64,000 bases of DNA from an uncultured virus (IMG/VR IMGVR_UViG_3300025314_001151) (Duplodnaviria; Heunggongvirae; Uroviricota; Caudoviricetes). The notes under the pieces were generated by a model. That model was given only the letters and a program-made list of their open reading frames with translations. It searched no databases and was not told where the DNA came from. A program made the translations under genes and the position numbers. How positions within the stretch are numbered: position 1 is the stretch's first letter; the number at the start of each line of letters is the position of its first letter. Below, one piece after another: positions 19,381-30,528 of this stretch. The stretch lies in IMG/VR virus record IMGVR_UViG_3300025314_001151, one strand, 5' to 3'.

Positions 19381-22300
19381 TTAGAAGTTAGAACTTATAT
19401 TATAGAATATCATACGAGGCAAGAACCCATACAAGGAACCTGTCTTTCTTAATTCGCTCAATTGAATGCTTACTGGAAGATCTGTTCTTGATACAGAGCT
19501 TACTCCAACAAATGGAGAATGTCCCATCGTGGTATTTGCTGCTGTGGCAGATATTCCCATGGTACCAAATCTTGTATCATTTGTTATTAGATAAAGATTT
19601 CCTCTCAATAAAAGTCCTATATTTGAACCAGAACTTCTTGCCAAAAATCCAATATAATAATTGTCTTGTGAAAAAGTTGGTTGTGCAGACCATAATGAAG
19701 AGTGGATAGTTATAAATCTAATACCAGAGAATAATTGTGTGTTGTTCGTATCTGCTGAGAATGCCCATGTGGTCTGTACACTATTCAATAGTGATAGAGT
19801 AGATATATTTCTGGTATATATTCCAATTTTCCACGAATGAGAATTTGCTGCCGTATTGACGCTTGTCGCAGTTTGAGTTGCTTCTACGTCAATAAATGCT
19901 GTTGATACAGTCATATTACCTGGGAAAACTGGAGCACCAGGAGACATGTCAACAAGCCAAAATGTTGCATTTTCTACAGCTAGGGATTGACTATGTTGTG
20001 TATCACCAATAACTACATTTTCCCATTTCGATAACGTTGGAACAGTATATGTACTCTGTGTCTGTATAGATTGACTGAAACTTGCTGTTATAGTTTGTCC
20101 AACTGCTCCAAAAGATATATTGTTGGCATTGGAAAAGACTACTTCGCCTGAAGTCGCTCTTGTTGTACCTGCAAATATAGATGAAATTCCTGTCTGTAGT
20201 GGATGAACAGTTGCTGTTACTGTCTGTCCATTGACGCCAAAAGATATATTGTTGGAGTTGGAAAATACTGCCTCACCAGATGTTACTCTCGTCGTACCTG
20301 CTGATATAGAACCTATGCCTGCACCAACTGGATTTGCAACTGAGAAACCAATAATACTATTATTTGCAGTATTTGCTGTTATTGTTATATTAGTACCTGC
20401 AAATGATACTGTTCCACTTGTGCCTATGGTTGTAGCTCCAGAAGTGTTGTTGGATACTACAAGTCCGTGTAAATTTTGTGTTTGAGTTGATTGAGCAGCA
20501 ACTGACAAATCAATTCTTTGACCAGTATTCGATGATACAGTAATGCCACCGCCAACTCCAGTAAATATTACTGTCCCACTTATAAATGTGGTGTCTGATG
20601 CCTGAATCCCAGATATTGCTGTCTGTTCTGGATGGATCGAGAATCCAATAATGCTACTGTTTGCAGTATTCGCAGTTATAGTCAAATTAGTACCTGCAAA
20701 TGATACTGTTCCACTTGTGCCAATGGTGAAAGGTCCAGAAGTATTGTTGGATACGACAAGTGCATGTAAATTCTGTGATTGAACAGTTTGAGTAGCGTCT
20801 ATTATTACTCTTTGACCTGTACCTGATCGTACTGTTACCATATTGGAGCCTGTAAAATGGACTTGACCACTCGTATATGTTGTATTCGATGCAACAATTG
20901 ATGATATTCCAGTCTGTTGGGCATGGACTGATCCAGTAATTGTTTGTCCATTTGCTCCAAAAGATATATTATTCGAATTTGAGAAGACCGCCTCACCAGT
21001 GGTTATTCTGGTAGTACCGGCTGATAATGATTGTATGCCAGGCTGTTCCGTTTGGTTGAAAGTTGCCGTTGCTGTAACTATTGAATTATTAGTCATTCCA
21101 AAAGATACATTGTTAGAATTGGAAAAGACTACAGTACCAGATGTGTTGGCAGTTTGAGTACCTGCTGCAATTATATTTACACTATCAGACACACTTGCAG
21201 TTACTATACTTGAATTACTCATTCCAAATATTACATTATTTGAATTAGATAATAAAACTGTTCCTGTTGTTGCTGTCTGAGTACCTGCTGCTACTCCACC
21301 TAAAAGATTTGTCGCTGCAAATGATGCTGAAGCTGTTACAACAGACGAATTGGCTGCCATTCCAAAAGTGATATTATTCTCATTGGAAAAAACTATCGTA
21401 CCTGTTGTTCCAGTATTAGTACCAGCTTGAATTGCTTGAATAGCTGCCCCTGTTCCTGCCGCGGCACCAATTATGGTAATAGTTGCTGATGAATTTCCTC
21501 CTGTAGATTGAGAAAGAGTGATATTATTTCCTGCTGCAAAAACTATTCTGTTGGACACCAGTCCTGTACTACCTGCATCATTAGTTCCGATGTTTGATAC
21601 TCCGGCTGACATTGATGGAAATGTTGCAGATGCTGTCACAGAATTGCTATTTGTGCCAAATGATATGTTATTGTAATCTATGAGATCAAACCCTGATATA
21701 GATATAGACATTGCATTATTGGCGGCAGTAGATTGAGACAAACTTATATTGTTACCGCCTATTAGTACAAGCTCTCCTGGTATCACTTTTGTATTTCCAT
21801 ATGTATTACCTATGGTTGATACTCCTGCGGCACCAACGCCCGCATGTTGATGACCTTCTAGTGCAAATCTAGATGCCATGATGCCTACAACATTGGTTGA
21901 TGTCACTGCTGATGCAGTTGTCGCTGATGATAATAAATTGATAATGGATATAGTGCTATTGTTATTAGTAATTCCTATTAAATCTCCGTTGGATATTGAC
22001 ATCGTACCAGAAGATCCATTGAGCTCTAGTACAACTGGTTGTTCACTCTGGCTTTGTGCATGAATCGATATTGAGTTATTACTTTGGCTCAATGTAATAT
22101 TTGAACCGCCAGCTATAACAAAACCTCCACCAGTTATATTACTTGAGCCTGTTGTTCCTGTATTCCCGCCAATACTCATTGAATTGATAATATTTGCTGG
22201 ACCATATACCGATATAGTAGAATTATCATTGGTGACTGATATGTTATTTGATCCAGATATTGACATTATTCCGGATGATCCGTTTAAATTTTGGACACAA

Positions 22301-24936
22301 GGAAGAGTAACTGTTGCAGTAATTATGCTCGAATTACTCATTCCAAAAGATGCATTATTTGAATTAGAAAATACAATTGTACCTGATGTTCCTGTTTGTG
22401 TACCTGCTGCTGCCACTATCTTTTGGTCTATATTTGCATGTTGAGTTGAATTAAGATGATAATATTGGCTTAGAGCTGAATTGCCACCCTGCAAACCTGG
22501 TAAGGTATTATGTCCTGGTGGTATGTAATGTGCGACATTTCTTTGATATAATATTTCGTCAATATTTGCAGCACTTTTTTGGACAATTATTCCAGCCAAT
22601 TGTAATGAATAGCTCTCTAAAAAGTTAGGTGGTGTTGGATTGGCACCGTTTTCTGTAAGTTCTTTATTATCGAATTCTTCCTGTCCATATACTACATGAT
22701 ATTGAGTTCCAGAATCGTTAACTGCGATGAATAATAAATCTCTCTTATATTTGTTAACAGTCATTTCTGCAAGCGTACCACTACCATCATCATATTGTGT
22801 TACATCGATGTCTGTTTGGCTTGTTATACTGTTCCATGTTCCAGGAACTGCTCCTCTGTACCAATAAGTAAAAGTTATTGGACTTGCACCGACAGGTAAT
22901 TGCTCTTCAGGTGTAATGTAATATTCGCCGGATGTAACATCTAATCTTAACGGAGTAGCATTTTCTGTTACATCTAGTCCTTCTATCCATATTGGACCCA
23001 TTACTTCTTCTGCATAATGTTCTATTTTTGCGCTAATATTATTAAGTTTTCTTGTATAAAATGCCAAGAATAATACATCTGTCGCATTGGCATATGCGAC
23101 GGCAAGTATTATATTAGTATTTGTGTCTGGTTTTATGGCACTTGTCTGTGCAGTACCAGCATTATCTATATAAATATATTCTGTTGTATTAGCAGTAATG
23201 CTTTTGGGAGTATCGAGCCATGCAATTGCTTTGACAGCAGTTCCTGTATTTATAAATCCTGAACCATTGGCAATATTGACTCCTAATCCTCCTGTTGTTG
23301 TTACAACACCTCCTGTTTTTTGTCCTGTAAAATATGTAGTAATTCCATAATCTCTAAGAGGAAGTTGATTATCTAAATCTCCAAGATAAAATTCACCAAG
23401 GTTGACTGTACCCTCTGTTCCAATTGTAATATCTGTAAAATTACCAACAAAAGTAGCGCCTGCAGTAATGTCCAATTTTGTCCTGCTTGCGATGCCTGAA
23501 TAATTTACATGACCATTTACATTATCTATCTTAATATCTGTAGTAAAATAATATTCAGAATCATTTCGTATAACACATGCTGCAGAGTACAAATGTCCAC
23601 CAGTTCCATTAGGACCTACCTGTATAGCATAAGTTCCTCTCGAAAATGTACATGCTGTAAGTCTTATGTATGCGCCATTGTCCATATATAATCCTACAAT
23701 AGTATTTGCAACAGGATTATTTCTAAAATAGCATAAATCAAGATAAAGTTCTGTATCCATTCCATCTGCCTCAAATCCTTTGGTTATAGCATCTGATGCA
23801 CCACACATGAAACCGGAACCTATGGCTGCAATTGTACCATGGCCAGTGGCACGGATAAATGTATGAATTTGTGTACCACCGGCAGAATACCAGTTGGTTA
23901 CATTGATCAAATGGACTATGCCTAAGCTTAAAGGATTTGCCCAAATGCCGTAGTATCCTCTTCTAATAAGAACATCTTGCAAAATAAATGGAGCTGACGA
24001 TGTAGTAGCGTAATATACTGCCGCCCTGCCTAAATCAGTAGGCCCAATAATGACAACATTTCTGATTAATGATCTAGGAACTCCTGTTATAAAATGGTTA
24101 GAATTGTCGTTTGTCTGTATCGTAGTACCAAAATATTCTGAACCTTCTATTGTAACATATTCTTTCATTGAAAATGGAGATTCTGTATATACTCCAGGAT
24201 ATATTCTGACAACATATGGTTTGGATGCAGATGCATCTATAATACTATCGACAGCATCTTTTACTGAAGTGAATTCTTTGCCTGATATTGCAACTTCTAC
24301 ATATTGGGGAATGATAATTAATCTGGAATTTGAACCATCATGATCGTGTCCTGAAAGTGTGTCAAAAGATATCTGGGATTCTACTCCAATCGTTCCTGTA
24401 TGATAAACAGAATCGTGTGATAATATACTCGCACCTGCCGAAACTGTAATAGTCGCTGATTGTCCATTGGTAGATTGGGACAGTGTTATATTGTTTCCAC
24501 CAGCAAATACTAATTGGTTTCTTACAGTTCCACTAGTGCCTAATGTATTGCCACCAGTTGATATGCCTGCATAGAATGAATCTGTATCAACAGCACTTAT
24601 TGTGACGGCGTTACCTGCTTGAGACAGAGTAATATTATTACCGCCGGCAAGAGTAATTGTACCACTTGATATTAGGGCCAATGTACCACTTGTATTGCCA
24701 GATAATGTCATGTCAAATAAATTTTGAGTCTGTACAGATTGATCGCGTGCATTTATTCTAACAGTGGCACATTCCCTAAGATGTCTCTTTTCTTTCAGGG
24801 TTATATTATGGCCGCCTTGTAGTATTAAGCCAGATGAGACACTGCCTGTCTTGCCTTCAGTATGACCTAAAGTGGAGACGCCTGCATAAAAAGGTACTGC
24901 TTTCACTGCTGTTCCTTGAGGACAATATTTACTCAT
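19381..24936 (-). CDS. Giant fibre/spike-like protein with an inserted pectin-lyase-like beta-helix region and FSNSNNISFG repeats
   Basis: Same N-terminus and C-terminus (...KTG.LYGF.P...F.NISSNF) as 15120..19271; internal FTSVKDAVDSI...YVVRIYPGVYTE beta-helix cap. Confidence 0.75.
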   Translation of the reverse strand: MSKYCPQGTAVKAVPFYAGVSTLGHTEGKTGSVSSGLILQGGHNITLKEKRHLRECATVRINARDQSVQTQNLFDMTLSGNTSGTLALISSGTITLAGGNNITLSQAGNAVTISAVDTDSFYAGISTGGNTLGTSGTVRNQLVFAGGNNITLSQSTNGQSATITVSAGASILSHDSVYHTGTIGVESQISFDTLSGHDHDGSNSRLIIIPQYVEVAISGKEFTSVKDAVDSIIDASASKPYVVRIYPGVYTESPFSMKEYVTIEGSEYFGTTIQTNDNSNHFITGVPRSLIRNVVIIGPTDLGRAAVYYATTSSAPFILQDVLIRRGYYGIWANPLSLGIVHLINVTNWYSAGGTQIHTFIRATGHGTIAAIGSGFMCGASDAITKGFEADGMDTELYLDLCYFRNNPVANTIVGLYMDNGAYIRLTACTFSRGTYAIQVGPNGTGGHLYSAACVIRNDSEYYFTTDIKIDNVNGHVNYSGIASRTKLDITAGATFVGNFTDITIGTEGTVNLGEFYLGDLDNQLPLRDYGITTYFTGQKTGGVVTTTGGLGVNIANGSGFINTGTAVKAIAWLDTPKSITANTTEYIYIDNAGTAQTSAIKPDTNTNIILAVAYANATDVLFLAFYTRKLNNISAKIEHYAEEVMGPIWIEGLDVTENATPLRLDVTSGEYYITPEEQLPVGASPITFTYWYRGAVPGTWNSITSQTDIDVTQYDDGSGTLAEMTVNKYKRDLLFIAVNDSGTQYHVVYGQEEFDNKELTENGANPTPPNFLESYSLQLAGIIVQKSAANIDEILYQRNVAHYIPPGHNTLPGLQGGNSALSQYYHLNSTQHANIDQKIVAAAGTQTGTSGTIVFSNSNNASFGMSNSSIITATVTLPCVQNLNGSSGIMSISGSNNISVTNDNSTISVYGPANIINSMSIGGNTGTTGSSNITGGGFVIAGGSNITLSQSNNSISIHAQSQSEQPVVLELNGSSGTMSISNGDLIGITNNNSTISIINLLSSATTASAVTSTNVVGIMASRFALEGHQHAGVGAAGVSTIGNTYGNTKVIPGELVLIGGNNISLSQSTAANNAMSISISGFDLIDYNNISFGTNSNSVTASATFPSMSAGVSNIGTNDAGSTGLVSNRIVFAAGNNITLSQSTGGNSSATITIIGAAAGTGAAIQAIQAGTNTGTTGTIVFSNENNITFGMAANSSVVTASASFAATNLLGGVAAGTQTATTGTVLLSNSNNVIFGMSNSSIVTASVSDSVNIIAAGTQTANTSGTVVFSNSNNVSFGMTNNSIVTATATFNQTEQPGIQSLSAGTTRITTGEAVFSNSNNISFGANGQTITGSVHAQQTGISSIVASNTTYTSGQVHFTGSNMVTVRSGTGQRVIIDATQTVQSQNLHALVVSNNTSGPFTIGTSGTVSFAGTNLTITANTANSSIIGFSIHPEQTAISGIQASDTTFISGTVIFTGVGGGITVSSNTGQRIDLSVAAQSTQTQNLHGLVVSNNTSGATTIGTSGTVSFAGTNITITANTANNSIIGFSVANPVGAGIGSISAGTTRVTSGEAVFSNSNNISFGVNGQTVTATVHPLQTGISSIFAGTTRATSGEVVFSNANNISFGAVGQTITASFSQSIQTQSTYTVPTLSKWENVVIGDTQHSQSLAVENATFWLVDMSPGAPVFPGNMTVSTAFIDVEATQTATSVNTAANSHSWKIGIYTRNISTLSLLNSVQTTWAFSADTNNTQLFSGIRFITIHSSLWSAQPTFSQDNYYIGFLARSSGSNIGLLLRGNLYLITNDTRFGTMGISATAANTTMGHSPFVGVSSVSRTDLPVSIQLSELRKTGSLYGFLPRMIFYNISSNF

Positions 24937-25017
24937 ATTTATTTACCTTTGACATTGATATTATTATAGATATTTATATTTGTCATATTTGTTACATATA
25001 TCGTCATATTTATCACA

Positions 25018-25561
25018 TTATGCTGTCGAAGAATCAATTTCTTGCAAACGGAGAATCCTAATCTTTCCTCCGTCTTCAGAATATCTAAAATTCACAGAAT
25101 CTCCTCTATTTACTAATAATTCAAATATATATACTCCATTTTCTACTAGTTCAGGACCTGATGTTGAATTAAAATCTACTACTTGAGTATTTCCTTCATT
25201 AGTTATTGCAGCACTGAATATACCTTCTATTGAAACGGCGACCTGAATGCGAAATGTTGTTGGGGATATTAATGGAGTTATGTCTTCAGGGAGCCAATCT
25301 GTATCTTTTTCAGGGAGATGTTCGTCCTGTAGTAAGCTAACAAGCTCAGTTGGTAGTATCGATGCCTGGGAAACACTCATTAATAAATATTCAGTCACTC
25401 GATATGGTAATCCTATTTGAGGACTTCTAAGCCTTAATTCGTACACATTATAGTATTGCTTAACCTCGCATGGCATTTACTACTTCTACGTCTATGGTAT
25501 CTGGAATTCTTATGTGTCTTGGAGGCTTTGGGCAGCCTCCCTGACTTGGAAGTCTGCCCAT
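25018..25561 (-). pseudogene. Frameshifted or internally deleted paralog of the C-terminal half of 27083..28162
   Basis: GGAGG plus ATG at 25561 gives a 33-aa ORF (25460..25561) that is out of frame with 25018..25476; KQYYNVYELRLRS...QEIDSSTA matches the paralog. Confidence 0.65.
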
Positions 25562-25628
25562 ATCTATTTTCCTCCAAATAATGTATGGATGATCATATTT
25601 TCTGACATTGACTATCTCCTGTTTTCAA

Positions 25629-26951
25629 TTATGAGTCTATATCATATTCTTTCATATTTTCTAGATTATACTGGTAACTATTAGACAATCCTATTATTAG
25701 GTGCCCATGATAAAAATCTCCAGGAATTTTCCAATTGTGTAGCATGTTCTTATAATTTTTATCATACCCTATTAAATAGTACGAATCGACACATTTGTCA
25801 AGATGGAAAAGAAAGTGTTTATCTGCATGTAATTTAGCTTTACATCATATATTTCTTTTGATTTTTTCGAGATTCCGTCAAAAGGACTTTTCCAATTTTC
25901 TCCAGATAAATCTTTAGATCCTTCCTCGTAGTTTTCCAATACATATAGTTCTGCTTGCCTTCCTTTTTGTATGGGACTTTTTATGACACCTTTTTTTATC
26001 ATCGAATCAATATCTAGTCCAACTAGCCTTTTAGCGTTCTCAAAACTTCCAAAACGGTCGATATATGTACCCAAGCTAGGATATAGGATTGCAAACTAGA
26101 TCTTTAGCAGTAGGTGGCTCTCCATGGTCTATTTCATATCTTACCAGATCTTCTAATAATTCATCTTCTGTCAAATAACGATTAGGAACAAATCCTGCCA
26201 TCCTTAAAGAATTGTTCCAACTTCCAAACCGTCTAATGATCATCATAAAACCAGGATATTTTGGATTGTTGACAAAATCTTCTTGTTTAGGGATTCTTCC
26301 TTCTTCTCCTTTAAACCTCCTCAAAGATTCTAATAATTCTTCATTAGATATATATTGACCAGGAATCAAACCAGCACATTTTATAGCATTGTTCCAACTG
26401 CCAAAACGACTCTTATAAAGGTTATGACTTGGACAGTTAGGGTTGCCGATAAAATCTTCTTGTCTAGGGATTCTTCCTTCTTTTCTTTCAAACTTTATCA
26501 AAAATTCTAACAGCTCTTCATCTGTATAGTTTGTAAAGATATTGACCAAACCTGACAACTTTAAAGCATTGTTCCAACTTCCAAACCATTTGACTATTGT
26601 CACAAAACCTGGATATTTTGGATTGTTGACAAAATCTTCTTGTTTAGGGATTCTTCCTTCTTCTCCTTTAAACCTCCTCAAAGATTCTAATAATTCTTCA
26701 TCTGTATAGATTCTTTCTCTTACTATTTCTGTTTTTTCTAATAGTCCCGCTTCTTTTATAGCATCTTTCCAACTTCCAAACCATGAATAGTATGAGGCAT
26801 AACTAGGATATTTTGAGTTTTTGGCAAACTCAAACTGTTTAGGAGCTCTTCCTTCTTTCTTATCAAAATATCTCAAGAATTCTAAAAGACATTCTTTATC
26901 ATTTGATAATTCTTTTTTGGATCTAGTCGATACGAACCTATATTCTATCAT
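25629..26951 (-). pseudogene. Homing-endonuclease-associated repeat protein (five repeats) with C-terminal PD-(D/E)XK nuclease; two frameshifts
   Basis: YTDEELL...GRIP...F...P.Y...FGSWNNA repeats; frameshift near 26080 (NP.YPS/LGTYIDRFGS); AELY...PFD...YDVK; second frameshift near 25838 continues ...YNLENMKEYDIDS* to 25629. Confidence 0.8.
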
Positions 26952-27024
26952 ATTTCTCTACTTCTTACTTCACTAGATATCACTACTCCTACATTTATCA
27001 TATTTATTTGATAAAAGCCCCTAT

Positions 27025-27076
27025 GGTATTTAAGGCTCCAGTTCTAGATTCTGGAGCCAGGGTCTGATTGAATAAG
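27025..27076 (-). promoter_or_regulatory. Conserved structured element upstream of a nuclease gene (copy B)
   Basis: Plus strand GGTATT-taa-GGCTCCAG-ttctagatt-CTGGAGCC-agggtctga-TTGAATAAG. Confidence 0.75.
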
Positions 27077-27082
27077 CATAAA

Positions 27083-28162
27083 TTAAGCTGTACTGGCGTC
27101 TATTTCCTGAATTCGAAGAACTTTAATCTTCCCATTATCCTCTGAAAATCTAAAATTGACAGTATCTCCTTTATGTACCAGTAACTCAAACACATAAACT
27201 CCATCTTTTATAAGTTCAGGTCCTGACGTTACATTGAAATCTACTACTTGAGTATTTCCTCCATTTGTTATTGTTGCACTGAATATGCCTGGTACTGAGA
27301 CTGCAACTTGTATGCGGAATGTTGTGGGAGGGTGGATAGGAATTATATCTTCTTCAAGCCAATTCTCATCTGCCGACGGAAGATCTACATCGTGTAAGCT
27401 TGTGAGCTGAAATGGTATAAGTGATGTTTCTGAAACATCAACTAACATGTATTCTGTTACACGGTATGGATGTCCAATTGTTGTAGACCTGAGACGAAGT
27501 TCGTATACATTGTAATACTGTTTGGTCTCCCCAGGGAGAATGATTGATTCTTTGGAGAAATTGGTTCGTCCTTCATGGGATATAATACAGAACAAAGGTT
27601 CTATCCCATCATTTATCAGATATAGGATGTCAGAATATCGTTCCAAAATTTCAAATATTCTTTCACTATTGTATACAGGAGAATCAAAGTCTTGTGGATC
27701 TATAGGACCGGCTTTCTTTATAGTATTCGTTATATCATAATAATTTAGATATTTGTAGACATGCGTCCTGCCTCTTCTTGTGGTATCTCTTCCTTTTTCA
27801 TCATACATGTAGGGCATTATGCCCTGTAGTTCTATGACTCCTGATGCTATCTGTTGTAATAATCTTATAACACTTTTAATATCAGATTTTGTAATATAAG
27901 ATTCTTCTTTTTCTAATCTTTCTGATTTTTGCATATATTTAATATCAAGCTTATTGTCAGGAACATATTCTTGAATAGACTTTTCTGGTCTTTGCTCAGA
28001 ATTTTCTACAATTTCCAACTCCTTCTCTATATTTTCTACAATTTCCAACTCCTTCTCTATATTTTCTACAATTTCCAACTCCTTCTCTATATTTTCTATC
28101 TTTTTTTGTTGAAGATGTTGAGAATCTTCGTCAGACCATCTATCATCTATGTCATTTATCAT
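27083..28162 (-). CDS. Uncharacterised beta-rich protein of the local INDG...NVYE.RLRS family (putative structural)
   Basis: Shares LINDG and NVYE.RLRS with 29371..30462; probable start MIND (28162). Confidence 0.65.
   Translation of the reverse strand: MINDIDDRWSDEDSQHLQQKKIENIEKELEIVENIEKELEIVENIEKELEIVENSEQRPEKSIQEYVPDNKLDIKYMQKSERLEKEESYITKSDIKSVIRLLQQIASGVIELQGIMPYMYDEKGRDTTRRGRTHVYKYLNYYDITNTIKKAGPIDPQDFDSPVYNSERIFEILERYSDILYLINDGIEPLFCIISHEGRTNFSKESIILPGETKQYYNVYELRLRSTTIGHPYRVTEYMLVDVSETSLIPFQLTSLHDVDLPSADENWLEEDIIPIHPPTTFRIQVAVSVPGIFSATITNGGNTQVVDFNVTSGPELIKDGVYVFELLVHKGDTVNFRFSEDNGKIKVLRIQEIDASTA
28001..28098. repeat. Perfect 30-nt tandem repeat x3.3, in frame (ENIEKELEIV)
   Basis: Unit ATTTTCTACAATTTCCAACTCCTTCTCTAT. 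Confidence 0.95.
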
Positions 28163-28276
28163 GAATATTGTCCCATTGATATAAAGATTTTTGTATATTG
28201 TTAAGATAATGGAGTTGGAGAACTTGAAGGTTGAGTTAGTCAATAAACAGGAAATAAAGAAATAAGATATGACAAA

Positions 28277-28450
28277 CTATCTAGCTAAAGGAAAACTGCT
28301 GATATTTAAGTAAATCATATCATTAAAAGGGTCATCATTGGTTATTGTGGCCAATACTCGTCCTAGAGGGTAAATTCCTTGGGTATTAATTGGGTTTTAT
28401 TTATTATTATATGGTTTTCCTTCAGGGTATGGTATAGATTTAATCTTTAG
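28277..28450 (-). pseudogene. Remnant of a copy of the C-terminus of 29371..30462
   Basis: Translates ...GRVLATITNDDPFNDM..., versus GRFALFTVTNDDPFSDM in the paralog; has an internal stop. Confidence 0.6.
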
Positions 28451-28515
28451 AGAACATATAATAATATGTTTCTCACAATCATATTTCATATTATGATGTC
28501 TATCATAGAATTTAT

Positions 28516-29064
28516 TTATGGTATAGGGACTGGTGAGCTTGGCCTGTTATCATACCAATTAAGTTCAACTGTTATATTGGCGCCTGTTATTCCCAACGGT
28601 GTGAATTTTAGAATATATTTGTCGCTAGGGTTTAATACAAATTCTTCATCACTCCTTCTAAATTCTCCGAGTTCTGTCCCAGTTGTAGCTGTACCTTTTC
28701 TTTGTTGGAATAATGGCGTTCCATCATTAGTTACTGTTGGATTTTCGAAAATAGTTACTTGAGATGTCGTACTACTCCTTCTATTGTTGTTTTTGATTAT
28801 TGATGATAAGTCTATTCCATTATCAGTAATTGTAGGGCTCTCAAAAAATTCTAGAGTTCCTCCCATGTCTGAATCTACTTCAAATATTAAGTGCATTTCT
28901 ATAGTGCGTCCTCCAAGTTGAACAGGAGGAGGTATTATCAGAAAATATTTTGGTGCAACTATCCCAGTGGATATTTTGTGCACTGTGAAATGATTTCCTT
29001 CGTGAATTCTATGATGTGCTATATCTATCGATGGCCTCGATAGGATTGATGTGGGAAGCGTCAT
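28516..29064 (-). CDS. Putative virion-associated protein
   Basis: HHRIHEG, FESPTITDNG / FENPTVTNDG duplication and EEFVL motifs; paralog of 12064..12660. Confidence 0.6.
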   Translation of the reverse strand: MTLPTSILSRPSIDIAHHRIHEGNHFTVHKISTGIVAPKYFLIIPPPVQLGGRTIEMHLIFEVDSDMGGTLEFFESPTITDNGIDLSSIIKNNNRRSSTTSQVTIFENPTVTNDGTPLFQQRKGTATTGTELGEFRRSDEEFVLNPSDKYILKFTPLGITGANITVELNWYDNRPSSPVPIP

Positions 29065-29103
29065 AATTTATCCTCTGAATTTATTATAAATTTTTTATTA
29101 TGT

Positions 29104-29277
29104 CTAATAGAAATCACCATCTATTGTCCCAAAATATAATACAAGAACAATATGATCTTGGGAACAATCTGGACAGTTTTTAGCACATTTAAATCCTGTA
29201 GTGTTTAATGGTATAGTAATTTCCCTATTTGAACGGCATCTAACTGTCTTATGTCCCTCTGTTGTTATATCTGCCAT
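29104..29277 (-). CDS. Small Cys-rich protein (57 aa), missing from the ORF track
   Basis: MADITTEGHKTVRCRS...KCAKNCPDCSQDH...FY*, with SD AAGGAG upstream. Confidence 0.55.
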   Translation of the reverse strand: MADITTEGHKTVRCRSNREITIPLNTTGFKCAKNCPDCSQDHIVLVLYFGTIDGDFY

Positions 29278-29299
29278 TTTATATATCTCCTTTTTGTAT

Positions 29300-29385
29300 A
29301 TAATTGTATTGTCACATATTTGTCATTGTGATAATTGTCTCGAGATAATTGTATTGTCATATGTTTATCATTACGATAATTGTCT
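29300..29385. repeat. Degenerate duplication, period 45 nt, covering the stop codon of 29371..30462
   Basis: ATAATTGTATTGTCA(C/T)AT...GATAATTGTCT occurs twice. Confidence 0.75.
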
Positions 29386-30462
29386 TAATATCGCAACGAA
29401 GAATGGATCTCCTAACATATCGCTGAAAGGATCATCGTTAGTTACCGTAAATAATGCAAATCTCCCAGGAGGCGGTGCCCCATTTGGATCAATCTGTTCT
29501 GTGCTATAAAAGTTTATATTTAGTTGTGGCTCAATTGGTCTACCTCTAAAAGAAAATGGTAGTACAGATCTAAGAGTAAATATGGTCGTACCAAATATAG
29601 ATGCAGAATTTGGAATGGGTTCGGCCCAAATTCTAAGAGTAGCATCTGTTGATGTGTTACCAAAAAATGCGAATGCCTCTAATATAAAACCTGTTGGGAT
29701 TAAAAATGGCATAGGCGCTCCATTTGATGTATCTACAAGTGCAGCAGTTTGTCCAGGAGGAAGAGGATTTTGGAATGATGCAAAACCATAATTTGCTGGG
29801 AAAGTCTGGATAGTTGGAGATGTTATAGTTACAGTTGGGACAGTATTATCGAATACTGCGTCAAATACCTTTAATACCTCATTTGTTTGTATTGTAGGTC
29901 TGTTCTCTACATTTGCTTTTGTCTGCGGGGCAAAACTTCCTGTTCTGAAAATTCCTTCTATAAGCCTAAAAGTTGTTTTAGGCAGATTCGATCTTAGTCT
30001 CACTTCATATACATTGAATAACTCTCTCTGATCATTGATGTTTAGATGTCCTTCTTCTGTATTAAAGACATCATTCCCATATGTGTTTATAAAGAAAATT
30101 TCTCCTGGACCATCATTGATCAATGTCATATGTGGCACTACTCTATTATTGTTTATCTTATATACATCTACTACTGTCGGATAACTATCAGGATTAGATG
30201 GTCTTGTATTTAACTGTCCTACTTGCTGACTTCCAGTCTGGAAAGGAACAAACTTTTTTGTTGATGCAACTGTAGAACCACTTCCACTAACCTTTATCAA
30301 TTCATCAATAAGTATATTCATCTGTGCCAGATACGTCTGTAAAATCTCATATTCTTGCTGATGAGCCTTATCTTGATCTTGCTGTAGCTTGACTATTTTG
30401 TCCAGATATTTCTGTGGCATAATTATGTTATCTGAATTTGAGTGAGAATCTTTACCGGTCAT
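29371..30462 (-). CDS. Uncharacterised beta-rich protein of the local INDG...NVYE.RLRS family
   Basis: N-terminal helix, then LINDGPGEIFFI...FNVYEVRLRS. Confidence 0.65.
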   Translation of the reverse strand: MTGKDSHSNSDNIIMPQKYLDKIVKLQQDQDKAHQQEYEILQTYLAQMNILIDELIKVSGSGSTVASTKKFVPFQTGSQQVGQLNTRPSNPDSYPTVVDVYKINNNRVVPHMTLINDGPGEIFFINTYGNDVFNTEEGHLNINDQRELFNVYEVRLRSNLPKTTFRLIEGIFRTGSFAPQTKANVENRPTIQTNEVLKVFDAVFDNTVPTVTITSPTIQTFPANYGFASFQNPLPPGQTAALVDTSNGAPMPFLIPTGFILEAFAFFGNTSTDATLRIWAEPIPNSASIFGTTIFTLRSVLPFSFRGRPIEPQLNINFYSTEQIDPNGAPPPGRFALFTVTNDDPFSDMLGDPFFVAILRQLS

Positions 30463-30528
30463 TATAATTCCTTTATTGATATTGATCTAACTAGATAATT
30501 GGGATAGTTGACCTAATCTTTACTTTCT

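Noticed and set aside
27025..27076. Bona fide integron attC site
   Set aside because: The distal end lacks the conserved GTT and no integrase is in the window; kept only as an analogy.
28382..28393. GGTATTAATTGG, matching the start of leader copy C
   Set aside because: No GGCTC/GAGCC hairpin follows, and it lies within a pseudogene remnant.
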